Positions 40,443 through 50,689 of a stretch of DNA of 64,000 bases are shown one piece after another. The notes below the pieces were generated by a model. The model was not told the DNA's origin. It made no database searches and was given only the letters and a program-made list of their open reading frames with translations. This DNA comes from Promethearchaeota archaeon (GTDB lineage: Archaea > Asgardarchaeota > Lokiarchaeia > Sigyniarchaeales > SOKP01): NCBI GenBank assembly GCA_048938855.1, contig JBHLLT010000002.1, positions 160,001 to 224,000 on the forward strand, written 5' to 3'. Positions within the stretch are counted from its first letter, which is position 1, and each line of letters begins with the position of its first letter. The position numbers and the translations under genes are program-made.

Positions 40443-41654
40443 ATGCGAAAAAATTATAAAATATTTGTTGTTTTTGTTTTAAGCATCATTTTCATAGGAG
40501 CAACAATTCCATTTTCTTTAGTTATATTTGGAGGACGTCAGCCTTCTCGATCAAATCTTGTTCATATATATGTAAATTCAACTATTTACAATAGTTTATC
40601 TTCTGATGTTTCACAATATAAACAAGATATTGAAACTCAGGGTTACACTGTAAATGTTTTCAATTGGTCTAATAGCAACGTTACTCAACTTAAAAGCCAT
40701 TTGATATCAGCAAGTTCAAATGGATTAACAGGGGCTATTTTAATCGGGAAACTCCCCTATGCAAAGGCACAATATTATGATAGTGCTTGGAGTATGTATC
40801 GTCAATTTTCTTGTGACTATTATTTAATGGATTTAGATGGAAATTGGACAGATGTAAATTCAAATGGATATTATGATGTAGGTGCTTCAGATAATAATGT
40901 AGAACATAATAATGGTACTGCAAATTGGTTTCCTGAAATTTGGGTGGCACGTATAAGTCCCTATACTATTTCTGAGGTTGGTTTTAATCCAATTACTTCT
41001 ATTAATAACCTTTTCAATCGAGATCATAATTTAAGGATAGGTCTTACTAATCGATCTCATAATGCTCTATTATACATTGACGATGAATGGGCGAGTTATA
41101 GAAATGAATGGATAAGCAATTTTACTGCATATACCGGTAATAACCTTACCTGTGAATCGACTAACAACATTACTAATGCAGCAAGCTTTCTTTCGAATAT
41201 TACAGATATTACAGATCCTAATTTTACAAATTATGAATTAGTTCATGTAATGGCTCATTGTAACGGTACTGATCAGCTGTTTGGAGTTACCACTAGTCCT
41301 TATCAACCGAATCCAATAGATGGAGTTTTAAATTATCATCAGATTTACATGAACGGTCCTCAGCCACTATTCTTCAACTTATATTCATGCTTTTCCACTA
41401 ATCTAATGCTAACGAATAATATTGGGACTCATTACCTTTTTAGTGGTCAATCTTTGGTTGTAATAGGCTGTTCGAGATCAGGAGGAATGAGTCTTTACCA
41501 GCCATTTTATGACTCTCTTAGAGATGGGAAAATCTTTGGAGAAGCTTATAAAGATTGGTTTTATGGACCCGAAATAATTCCTTTTGGACACTGGGAAGAA
41601 GTGTATGGAATGATGTTTCTAGGGGATCCACTTCTCACAATATATATGACATAA
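40443..41654 (+). CDS. Secreted/anchored peptidase C25 (gingipain)-like protein
   Basis: N-terminal signal/TM; ILIGKLP, PEIWVARI, AH (His), YSC (Cys), FLGDP. Confidence 0.7.
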   Translation: MRKNYKIFVVFVLSIIFIGATIPFSLVIFGGRQPSRSNLVHIYVNSTIYNSLSSDVSQYKQDIETQGYTVNVFNWSNSNVTQLKSHLISASSNGLTGAILIGKLPYAKAQYYDSAWSMYRQFSCDYYLMDLDGNWTDVNSNGYYDVGASDNNVEHNNGTANWFPEIWVARISPYTISEVGFNPITSINNLFNRDHNLRIGLTNRSHNALLYIDDEWASYRNEWISNFTAYTGNNLTCESTNNITNAASFLSNITDITDPNFTNYELVHVMAHCNGTDQLFGVTTSPYQPNPIDGVLNYHQIYMNGPQPLFFNLYSCFSTNLMLTNNIGTHYLFSGQSLVVIGCSRSGGMSLYQPFYDSLRDGKIFGEAYKDWFYGPEIIPFGHWEEVYGMMFLGDPLLTIYMT

Positions 41655-41745
41655 TCTCTATATTAAAGTCAATTAAATAACAAATTTTATTAATATTTCT
41701 TTTCTTTATTTTTTACATTTTAAAAAGATTAAGATTATTCTAATA

Positions 41746-42414
41746 ATGTCTATTAAAGAAACAAATAAAATTGTTTTAAGTTTTGATTTAGATAATACTC
41801 TAATCAATAACAGAGCAGGCATAGTTGCTTCATTTAATTATGCATTAAAGAAATATGATTTACCTAAAATAGAAGCCTCTGTAATAGAAAGTATGATTGG
41901 GATACCTTTAAATGATATGTTCATTGAAGTGACAAATCAAGATCCCTCAAAATTAGTTTTTGCATTCAGAGAATATTATACAAAAAAAGGAATTTTTCAA
42001 GCTAAACTTTTATCAGGAATTTTAGCTAAATTGAATGATTTAAAAGAACAAAAATTCATCATGGGTATTATAACTTCAAAAAAGCAAGAATTAGCCCGTA
42101 GAGTTGTTGAAATTTTAAATATTCAGAATTTTTTTGATTATGTTTTAGGAGAGACAGAAGAAACAAGAGAATTAGGAAAATTAGATCCCCATATAAATAA
42201 ATATCTAATTAAAAAATATTCAGGATACAAGATTATTGTTATTGGAGACCATCCTAAGGATGCAATGCTTTCTAACAATTTAAATTGTCCATTTATAGGA
42301 GTTCTTACAGGAAATCATACAGCTGATCAGTTAAAGGAAGCAAAAGAGGGAAAAATATTAATATTCAATTCTGTTAGTGAATTAGATATTGACTCAATAT
42401 ATACTTTAATTTAA
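41746..42414 (+). CDS. HAD-superfamily hydrolase (phosphoglycolate-phosphatase-like)
   Basis: FDLDNTL, ITSK, IGDHPKD. Confidence 0.88.
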   Translation: MSIKETNKIVLSFDLDNTLINNRAGIVASFNYALKKYDLPKIEASVIESMIGIPLNDMFIEVTNQDPSKLVFAFREYYTKKGIFQAKLLSGILAKLNDLKEQKFIMGIITSKKQELARRVVEILNIQNFFDYVLGETEETRELGKLDPHINKYLIKKYSGYKIIVIGDHPKDAMLSNNLNCPFIGVLTGNHTADQLKEAKEGKILIFNSVSELDIDSIYTLI

Positions 42415-42479
42415 TCATAATTATATTCATGAATAATCTGCTATAAAAAAGAGAAAAAAGTAAGGAGAATATAATTATC

Positions 42480-43946
42480 TTATTCTTTACCCCAAGATTC
42501 ATATTCCTTCATGAATTCTTTTGGTTTCCATTGAGTATCCATAAATTTAGGGATTCCAGAACTGTCTCTTGGACCTACAACTACAAAAGCATTCGCTTCA
42601 TCTTCTAAAGCTCCACTCAGACGTGCCGCCATACCAGGGAGTACTAAAATTCTATGACTTACTTTATCAAAAACTCCAAATTCTTTTACTGCTTCTGCTA
42701 TTCCACCGGCATTAAACTGGCCACCTGCTACTGCGCTTTCAATTCCAATTCCCTCTGTATCAACTACTAAAAGCCAACAATTCAAATTTGCGCCTTGTAG
42801 ATCCTGTTCAACAGGTATCTTTGTCATTCTATAATTGCTAGTGACAAATATTGGATCCATATCACTTGGTTCTCCTATCTTATAAAGACCAGGATCAACA
42901 GCTGGATAAATCCTTGGATCTGAAAACACACTTTGCCGCAATGTCATTAGTGCCAAAAGAGCCCAAATTTCTTCTTTCTTCTGACCAGTATGCAAAACTA
43001 TAATATTTGTATCTATCGATTCCATTATTGCTCCCATTATTACTTCTTGATATTGATGTTCCCAAAGCTCTTTATCATCTCCTAAATTTACTTGACTCCA
43101 ATAAGCTGCAGGAACGCCCATAACAGGCCAATTAGCATTCACATCTTTCTTATTTATTGCCGCATTTCTTAATTGCATAATATTATCATATGTTACAGAA
43201 AGATTCCCCGGACCAAAATAAGTTCCTGAATCTAAAACGATCTCCTTTACACCAAATTTTTGTAAAGTCCCACTTAATGACATTAACTCATCTAAGTTAT
43301 TGGAACTAATAACTACTGGTAGATTATTTTGAATTGCAAATTTTCCAATCTGCTCCCATGTATTCTTTGTAACAGCATAAAGTAATGGTTTTCTATCTTT
43401 AATAACTTCTGCTGCTGCTAATAGAACATCAGCATTAAAACTACATAACATAATTGGAAGATCTGAGGTCTCAGCAATTTTCTTTGCTGCCAATTTAAAC
43501 TGTTCAGCATCTCCAGAGACGTTTCTTAAAGCAATTCCATCTAATGTAAGTACATCGCCAATTCTTTCTATCTTTAAATCTGTAAGATATTTTACGATTG
43601 CTTCTAAATCAACATCATCATCTGCAATTTCCATGAATATAGCTGTCTGATTGTAAAAAGTCAGTTGATGGCGCATTAATACTTCTTCTCCACCGATAGT
43701 AACTGCCCTATCTCCTGTTCCAATAATAACTGGTCTTTGGGGAGGAGTTATAAGCGCAATTAATTTATCTCGATTTTTTGCTTGTTTAGGATCTTGAATT
43801 AAATGAGAACAATCCTGTACTTTAATTTTTCTTTCAAGGATATCGGTTGCAAAGGCCATACACGTGTCATATCCACAGTCCTTACAATTACTTTTATCTA
43901 AAAGTGCATAAACTTCTAAAGGGCTTGGTCGTGCCATTTTTGACAA
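42480..43946 (-). CDS. cdhE: Acetyl-CoA decarbonylase/synthase gamma subunit (CFeSP large subunit)
   Basis: NCKDCGYDTCMAFA, IGGEEVL, VTSNY, VGPRDSS. Confidence 0.93.
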   Translation of the reverse strand: MSKMARPSPLEVYALLDKSNCKDCGYDTCMAFATDILERKIKVQDCSHLIQDPKQAKNRDKLIALITPPQRPVIIGTGDRAVTIGGEEVLMRHQLTFYNQTAIFMEIADDDVDLEAIVKYLTDLKIERIGDVLTLDGIALRNVSGDAEQFKLAAKKIAETSDLPIMLCSFNADVLLAAAEVIKDRKPLLYAVTKNTWEQIGKFAIQNNLPVVISSNNLDELMSLSGTLQKFGVKEIVLDSGTYFGPGNLSVTYDNIMQLRNAAINKKDVNANWPVMGVPAAYWSQVNLGDDKELWEHQYQEVIMGAIMESIDTNIIVLHTGQKKEEIWALLALMTLRQSVFSDPRIYPAVDPGLYKIGEPSDMDPIFVTSNYRMTKIPVEQDLQGANLNCWLLVVDTEGIGIESAVAGGQFNAGGIAEAVKEFGVFDKVSHRILVLPGMAARLSGALEDEANAFVVVGPRDSSGIPKFMDTQWKPKEFMKEYESWGKE

Positions 43947-44059
43947 TTCTTCTAGTATGTTTTTTTTTCTAATAGAAAAATGAATTTATATGTGTAGTCT
44001 AATTTTAAATTGAATTAAAAATTTGGTTTTTTAAAAATTTAACTCTACTTATCCTAATT

Positions 44060-44077
44060 CATTCCACAAATGGAATG
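44060..44077. promoter_or_regulatory. Inverted repeat CATTCCA-CAAA-TGGAATG in the divergent cdhE/acd promoter
   Basis: 7-bp perfect arms. Confidence 0.4.
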
Positions 44078-44113
44078 GTAAGTTTTTAAAAAATTTTTGA
44101 ATTTAATAAGTCA

Positions 44114-45568
44114 ATGGATATCAATAAAAAAGAGTCGGAAAATTTACAATCATTATTTTACCCTAAACATATTGCTTTTATTGGTGCATCAGAGAGTTCA
44201 ACATTAGGTTCAATGATGTATTTACCTGCTTTCAAAGATTCAATATGGGCAAATACATTTTATCCGATTAATCCAAAACACAAAAGAATAATGGATTGGA
44301 AATGTTATCCTTCTGTTTTAGAGGTTCCCTTTCCTATTGATACTGCATATATTTCATTAAAAAAAGATTTTATTCCAAAAACAGTTAAGGAGTGTGTTCA
44401 AAAAGAAATAAAATGGATTATCATTTTTGCTTCTGGATTTTCTGAGACTGGAGATTCTAAAGGTAGAGAATTGGAGAAGAACCTTCTAAAAATTATTAGT
44501 GGTTCAAAAACAAGAATATTAGGACCAAATTGTCTAGGACCGTTTAATGCTGAAAATGGAATGGCGATTACTTTTGCTTCTCAAAAAGGAAATCAAGGAG
44601 GAGTATCTTTCATGTCCCAATCTGGAGGCCACTTAACCCAATTAGTTGATGTGGGATATAAACGAGATATAAGATATCGTTATGGTATAAGTTTTGGTAA
44701 TCAAATTGACTTGAATTGTGTGGATTTTTTAAAATTTTTTCGTCATAATTCAAAAACTTCTCTGATTGCAGCATATTTAGAATCTACTGGTTCAGCAAAC
44801 ACCAGGGAGTTGTTTATGGAGCTAAAGGACACTACAAATATCAAGCCAGTAATTATCTGGAAAGGTGGATATACAAAAGAGGGTTCTAGAGCGGCATTCT
44901 CACACACAGGTGCGATAAGATCGGATAACGGATTATGGAAATCAATGGCTAAGCAAACAGGAACAATTCTTGTAAAAGATAATGAAGAATTTTGGAATTC
45001 AATTAAAACCTTTGAATTACTTTATCCAAAATATATACCAAAGGGAAGAAATGCTGGAATTATAACACCTGGAGGAGGATTATCCGTTAACCTAACTGAT
45101 TTATTTTCTTCCCATGACTTATCTATCCCAGAATTAACTTCAGAGTCACAATCCAAAATTGGGAAGATATTGCCTGATGTAAACGTAAATATTAAAAATC
45201 CTGTTGATTTAGGAGCCTCAGGGTTTATTCTAGATATTTTTACAAAGTGTATTAGTATAGTTGTTGATGATCCTAATATTGATATAATTATTATTCCACT
45301 TTGGCCAGACCATATTTATCGCCATGTCTTTAAGAGAATGATTAAGATAAGAGATTCAACACCAAAACCTTTTGCTTTTTGTTTACCAAATCTGGCTGAT
45401 GATATTACCGTAGCTAAAAGATTTAATTCTGCTAAAAAATTAATTCATGAAAAAAGAGTTCTATATTATTTGTCATTGAGAAATGCAGCTAAAAGTTTGT
45501 CATCTCTTTGTGATTATATTGAGTTTTTAAGAATTCGAAAAGCACCAATTTATAGAGAGAATATTTAA
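44114..45568 (+). CDS. ADP-forming acyl-CoA synthetase alpha subunit
   Basis: IGAS, SGFSE, GPNCLG, SQSG, AFSHTG (phospho-His), NPVDL. Confidence 0.9.
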   Translation: MDINKKESENLQSLFYPKHIAFIGASESSTLGSMMYLPAFKDSIWANTFYPINPKHKRIMDWKCYPSVLEVPFPIDTAYISLKKDFIPKTVKECVQKEIKWIIIFASGFSETGDSKGRELEKNLLKIISGSKTRILGPNCLGPFNAENGMAITFASQKGNQGGVSFMSQSGGHLTQLVDVGYKRDIRYRYGISFGNQIDLNCVDFLKFFRHNSKTSLIAAYLESTGSANTRELFMELKDTTNIKPVIIWKGGYTKEGSRAAFSHTGAIRSDNGLWKSMAKQTGTILVKDNEEFWNSIKTFELLYPKYIPKGRNAGIITPGGGLSVNLTDLFSSHDLSIPELTSESQSKIGKILPDVNVNIKNPVDLGASGFILDIFTKCISIVVDDPNIDIIIIPLWPDHIYRHVFKRMIKIRDSTPKPFAFCLPNLADDITVAKRFNSAKKLIHEKRVLYYLSLRNAAKSLSSLCDYIEFLRIRKAPIYRENI

Positions 45569-45584
45569 TTGTAAACTATCCATA

Positions 45585-45872
45585 CTAAATTCTCTCAGAA
45601 ATGCTCTTTAAATATAATTTCATAAAAAATCGTTGACTACTGCAGTAGTCAAATTTCTGTTTTTGAGTAAGACTATGATTATTTTTTAAAATAAAATGGA
45701 TTTTTTTTATTGTCTCAAAATTAAAATCTCTATTTCTTCCTTCTTTATATGGTTCTGATTTAAATTTACAACTTTTACGTAAAATACTTTCAGAAAAAAT
45801 AACAGATTCATTAAAAAGTAAACCATCTTGAACAAGTTTGGAATAATTTTGTTCTACTTTTCCTGAACTCAT
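45585..45872 (-). CDS. Hypothetical protein
   Basis: 95-aa non-overlapping ORF; no motif recognised. Confidence 0.35.
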   Translation of the reverse strand: MSSGKVEQNYSKLVQDGLLFNESVIFSESILRKSCKFKSEPYKEGRNRDFNFETIKKIHFILKNNHSLTQKQKFDYCSSQRFFMKLYLKSISERI

Positions 45873-46197
45873 ACTAATAATAACCTTATAGATTAAAATT
45901 TACTAATACTATTATTTTTCTTATATTAATTTCAGAGTTCGTGGTCTATTAATCCATTAATATGTTCATAATCAAACATGATATTAAAATTACCAAAAGT
46001 TGTATGAAAAAGAGTAAAGAAGGAATGCAAAATTCAATTTATAATAAAAAGTAGCATATTTAAGGCGAAATCCAATGTAAGATTGAAAATTTTGTTTCCC
46101 TTCCAAATAATATTTTAAAAATTAACTATAAAAATATCACAAATTTTTAAAATCCTAAAAGAAAAGAATGAAAAAAAATTAAAATTCCAAGTTTTAT

Positions 46198-46719
46198 TTA
46201 ATAGTATTCTTCTTTAGAAAGAAGTAGGGCAAAAAAACCATAGAATACAATATTCACCAGACAACTTATTATTGCTAATATTAGAATGACATTCGTGGAA
46301 GCCCATCCATAGGTAACAATCAATATACTTGCAGTATAAGGACTTAACCAAGCTGCAATTATTACAGAAGCAGTACTAATGACTGCTGTCAATAGCCATC
46401 CTCCAAATGATTGACTTTTACTCTCACCAAATCTCCCAGCAAGAATTGCTGCTATTAAAGGAGCAACTAAATGTCCTAGTCCCAATATCAACATGTCCAT
46501 GTCACTGAGAAGAAAAGGGGCCGCTATTGTCCAATTAAAAATTGCAGAGGGAGTACTTATTACTGATCCAAATAAATAATATAAAATCATTAAGGGGTAA
46601 GTTTGAATGATGGTGATCAATCCATTAAAACCCGTAAAAGCATAGTAAATTATTGTAAAAATAAAATTTATACCTACGAAAGCGATTAGGCTAAATAAAA
46701 AAGCTTTTCCAAATCCCAT
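46198..46719 (-). CDS. Hypothetical membrane protein
   Basis: 4-5 TM helices. Confidence 0.75.
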   Translation of the reverse strand: MGFGKAFLFSLIAFVGINFIFTIIYYAFTGFNGLITIIQTYPLMILYYLFGSVISTPSAIFNWTIAAPFLLSDMDMLILGLGHLVAPLIAAILAGRFGESKSQSFGGWLLTAVISTASVIIAAWLSPYTASILIVTYGWASTNVILILAIISCLVNIVFYGFFALLLSKEEYY

Positions 46720-46894
46720 TTTTTCTCTGTCTCTATTTTATTAGTTTAACTATATAACTTATTATCCTCAAGGAAGTTATGAATTTTAAATTTTAGGGTA
46801 TCTTAATCTATCTTATCAGCCAATCATAAAAAAGTTTTTTCAGATTAATCCTCAAAATTTTAATATATTATGAACTCCTAAAGAGACTATAATA

Positions 46895-47923
46895 ATGAAG
46901 AGAGTTAATGAAAAATTTACTCTTGGAAAGCTTAAACATGATTATTTAGCTCAATTGTTCTCAGAAATTGAAATCCAAGATAATAGAGTAGTTATGGGAT
47001 CTAAAATAGGTGAAGATGCAGCAGTTATAGATATACCTGGTGAAAATTATCTAGTAGCTAAAACAGATCCTATTACTTTCGCAACTGATGAGATTGGATA
47101 TTATGTTGTAATAGTAAATGTAAATGATCTCGTATGTACAGGAGCTAAACCAAAATGGTTTCAATCAACGGTATTATTACCTTCATATCATACAACAAGT
47201 CAAATGATTAATAAGATCTTCAATGATATTCACAACACTTGTAAATCAATGGAAATAACTGTCATAGGAGGACATACTGAAGTAACTCCAGAACTTTCGA
47301 GGCCAATTGTGATTGGTTCTTTAATTGGAGAGGTTAACAAAAATAAACTCGTACTTACTTCAGGAGCAGAATCCGGAGATGCATTAATTTTAACAAAAGG
47401 TATTTTTATTGAAGGTACTTCAATAATAAGTCGAGAAAAGGCAGATAAATTATTAAATTATGGATTTAATGATAAATTTATAGAAAAATGTAAAAATTAT
47501 CTATACAATCCCGGAATAAGTGTTTTTCATGAAGCATTACTTGCAAATAGTCATTTTAAAATTAAATCTATGCATGATCCTACAGAAGGGGGTGTTTACA
47601 CTGGTATTGCTGAGATGACAATTGCATCAAATACAGGTATTTTAATTGATGAAAAGAAAATAAAAATATTAGAAGAGTCAAAAATCTTAAGTGAATTATT
47701 TAATCTAAACCCATATAATTGTATTGCTTCTGGATCATTACTAATTGCAGTAGATCAAAAGGACTCATCTGATCTAATTGATTTACTAATTAAAAATAAA
47801 ATATCAGCAATACAAATAGGGAATTTTACTACCAGAGAGAGTGGTTTATTGATTGAGAAAGAAGGTGGAAATCGAGAACCTCTGAGATATTCGGAAACTG
47901 ATGAAATCACAAAACTATTTTGA
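46895..47923 (+). CDS. AIR-synthase/HypE-related protein
   Basis: GEDAAV, KTDPIT, NVND, GGHTEVT, MHDPTEGG. Confidence 0.88.
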   Translation: MKRVNEKFTLGKLKHDYLAQLFSEIEIQDNRVVMGSKIGEDAAVIDIPGENYLVAKTDPITFATDEIGYYVVIVNVNDLVCTGAKPKWFQSTVLLPSYHTTSQMINKIFNDIHNTCKSMEITVIGGHTEVTPELSRPIVIGSLIGEVNKNKLVLTSGAESGDALILTKGIFIEGTSIISREKADKLLNYGFNDKFIEKCKNYLYNPGISVFHEALLANSHFKIKSMHDPTEGGVYTGIAEMTIASNTGILIDEKKIKILEESKILSELFNLNPYNCIASGSLLIAVDQKDSSDLIDLLIKNKISAIQIGNFTTRESGLLIEKEGGNREPLRYSETDEITKLF

Positions 47924-48093
47924 TTTTTAATTGAAATTAAATATCCTAGATAATCAATTCTTAAGGATCCCCTATTATCTGTGTATAAATAAGATTTTTA
48001 TTTTAAAATTTTCTTTGTAATTATAATAACATTTTTTCTTAGGGTTGTTAAAAACCGATTATAAAGTTAAATGAATTAAATATTCGATCAAAC

Positions 48094-50016
48094 GTGACTT
48101 ATAAAGAAATAAAACAAATTGCTGATAATCTAATAAATAAGACACCATATCAAGATTTAAGTTTTAAAATTATTAACAACGTGTTCTTTAAGTTTTTAGA
48201 GAAAAACGGTAGAGAATTTGAAGAATTTAAAGATGATATTAAAATAAGGTGGGATAATTTTCAAAAAAGAAACCAAACTCGAGTTATTAAAAGGAGTTTT
48301 ACATCATTTTTCTATGAAAATTTTCATGATTTATTTAAATCATTTCTGCAAGTTTTTTTCAAGTTCAACGAGAATTCTCTTGAATTATTAAGTAAAGAGA
48401 AGATATCTGAAAAGATCATTTTTTTTGAATATAGTTATCAGTTAGACCCAACCGAGGAAGAAAAATTTATAAATATATCTGATGTCTTTCAAATTGAAAT
48501 TTTATATGGATTTTCAATAATTACAGGTTACTTATATTTTATTGTCCGACTTTTAGGAATGGTTATTAGGAATGTAATTCAGGAAAAAATCTTTATTTTA
48601 CTTGATGCTATAATCATAAAAAATGAAGATTTGAATAAAAATTTAAATTTCCTTATAATATGTAAAGACAGCAAAGATGAGATCTTTGAATCTTATTATA
48701 ATATGGTCTTATTTTATTTTTTAATGCAAATTAAAGGGATTCCAGAATCTTTTTTTGAGCAGTTGTATAAGGGAAGAGAAAAATTATATGAAATTGCTTT
48801 AGATGAATATCCTTCATCAAAAGAAAAATTAGTAGATCTTCTATATTATTTCTACAAAAAATGCAATTTACTTCAAGGCTTCTCTCCTTTATTAGATTTT
48901 TTTAATTTTGTGGGTGCACGAGTAGAAGATTCAATCTTTTCAAAGTTAGATATTATCAAAAGAGAATTCCTTGCCAATCTTAATTATTCAACGGAAAAAA
49001 AGAATGCTATCATCAAATTTTTTGAATATCTTGATAAAAAATCTACTTTATATTCAACTTTTCAAGCAAATAACCTGCCTTCGCCAAAATCACAATTAAA
49101 TTTATTTCTATTATACATGAAATACTATTTTGGAAGCGGTCTTGAAGCATTGGAAGTAGGTGATATACTTTTTTTACCAGAAGTATTTAAAGAGACTTTA
49201 AATCAGTATAATAAAAAAGTTGATGATGTAATAGGAGCCAATTCTATCAAAAATATTAATGAATTTTTGAATTACTTGTCAGTGTTATCAAATATTCAAA
49301 ATATTAACATTTTCTTTAAAAAAGTATTTGGAAAGAATACATCTCAACTGAACTTTGGATTCTTTAAAACGTTTTTAAAAAGCTTAAATTCAAATTTTTC
49401 TCAAAAAATAAAACAGGAAAATGAAATTCTCATGGAAAATATTGAGAATTCCCCCTTAACATTTCAAATTTTAGTCGATCATATTTGCAGAATTCTTTAT
49501 GTATTAATTGATAAAATATTTATGAAAAAATCTCCAAATGAAGCTTCTATCAACTTCATTGATCCACGTAGCCGCTATATTGGAAAAAATATTGCCTTAC
49601 GAGTTCTAGAACTTTTTGTTTTTCAAGATATTAATTATTCTGACGATGTATGGCCAGATTATATAATAAGTTTAAATAGAGATCAACTTAAGAAAGAATT
49701 AAAACAATTTGATGTATCAATACCTACTAAACATTTTTACTCACTTGAAGAATTGATGCAAATAATGATCACATATAACATTCAGTCTTTTTCAGACCAA
49801 CCCTATTTTGAAGAATGGATAATTAATGAGATTATAATTCCATTAAATAAGTTCATCCAAGAAATTCAAATTTCTGTTGGTGATCAGACTGATGAAGTTG
49901 AAGTTTATCAAAAATTAAGTAATTATATAATTAATGGTATAAAAGATAAGAAAATTAAGAAAAATCTTGAATTTCTTTGCCAACAGTTAGCGCCATTTTG
50001 GAAATATGTTAAATAA
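48094..50016 (+). CDS. Hypothetical helical protein
   Basis: 640-aa ORF; no family recognised. Confidence 0.7.
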   Translation: MTYKEIKQIADNLINKTPYQDLSFKIINNVFFKFLEKNGREFEEFKDDIKIRWDNFQKRNQTRVIKRSFTSFFYENFHDLFKSFLQVFFKFNENSLELLSKEKISEKIIFFEYSYQLDPTEEEKFINISDVFQIEILYGFSIITGYLYFIVRLLGMVIRNVIQEKIFILLDAIIIKNEDLNKNLNFLIICKDSKDEIFESYYNMVLFYFLMQIKGIPESFFEQLYKGREKLYEIALDEYPSSKEKLVDLLYYFYKKCNLLQGFSPLLDFFNFVGARVEDSIFSKLDIIKREFLANLNYSTEKKNAIIKFFEYLDKKSTLYSTFQANNLPSPKSQLNLFLLYMKYYFGSGLEALEVGDILFLPEVFKETLNQYNKKVDDVIGANSIKNINEFLNYLSVLSNIQNINIFFKKVFGKNTSQLNFGFFKTFLKSLNSNFSQKIKQENEILMENIENSPLTFQILVDHICRILYVLIDKIFMKKSPNEASINFIDPRSRYIGKNIALRVLELFVFQDINYSDDVWPDYIISLNRDQLKKELKQFDVSIPTKHFYSLEELMQIMITYNIQSFSDQPYFEEWIINEIIIPLNKFIQEIQISVGDQTDEVEVYQKLSNYIINGIKDKKIKKNLEFLCQQLAPFWKYVK

Positions 50017-50505
50017 TTTTAAAAATTCTGGAAATTGAATCTTAATATCGACTATTGGTATATTATTAACCTCCTTCTTTGGTATAGTTTTGGAACAGAT
50101 TATTCCTGAGATCATTTTCACGTTTACTGTTAGTTGTTCTCTAATTTCATCAATTTCTGATATACATAAAACAGTAGGATTGTTTAAATTTCTAAAACCT
50201 TCTGTAAACGTTAGATCGGATTTGATGGGACCGTTATTTAACCATTTTAACAGTTCTTCAAATCTATCTTCTTTGCGCTTTATAAAAATTGCAGTTTCTT
50301 TATCACTGTTTTGAATCACAGAAAAAAGAGCACCTGCTTCAGTAAATCTATAAGAATCTTTTCCTTTCTCATCAACTGGATGCCCTTTAACATTTTTTAT
50401 CACTGAAACTTTATATTTTAATTCTTTTTTTAATAGTTTTATGGCATTTGTAATAAATTCTGTCTTTCCAGATCCTGAATATCCTACAACATCTATTAGT
50501 AAAAT
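49987..50505 (-). CDS. mobB: Molybdopterin-guanine dinucleotide biosynthesis protein B (ATT start)
   Basis: Extending upstream of the ORF-track GTG recovers the P-loop VVGYSGSGKT; VDEKGKDSYRF..AGA, TEGF. Confidence 0.85.
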   Translation of the reverse strand: MLLIDVVGYSGSGKTEFITNAIKLLKKELKYKVSVIKNVKGHPVDEKGKDSYRFTEAGALFSVIQNSDKETAIFIKRKEDRFEELLKWLNNGPIKSDLTFTEGFRNLNNPTVLCISEIDEIREQLTVNVKMISGIICSKTIPKKEVNNIPIVDIKIQFPEFLKLFNIFPKWR

Positions 50506-50689
50506 AGAAATTCACACTAGTTAATTTTTAATAAAAATTTATAAAAATCTTCTATACGAGATATATTCTTATTTATTTTTGATTATTTTTCTATTTTGAT
50601 TTATTTTAATGAAACAAAAATATATTAGTTCTATATCTATTATTTATTAAAATAAGTTATTTCAAAATCAACACAATCTCATTATCCAT

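Noticed and set aside
11725-43946. Intact Wood-Ljungdahl CODH/ACS operon
   Set aside because: cdhE and the corrinoid gene are isolated, no cdhA/B/C/D genes are in the window, and the cooS is non-canonical.
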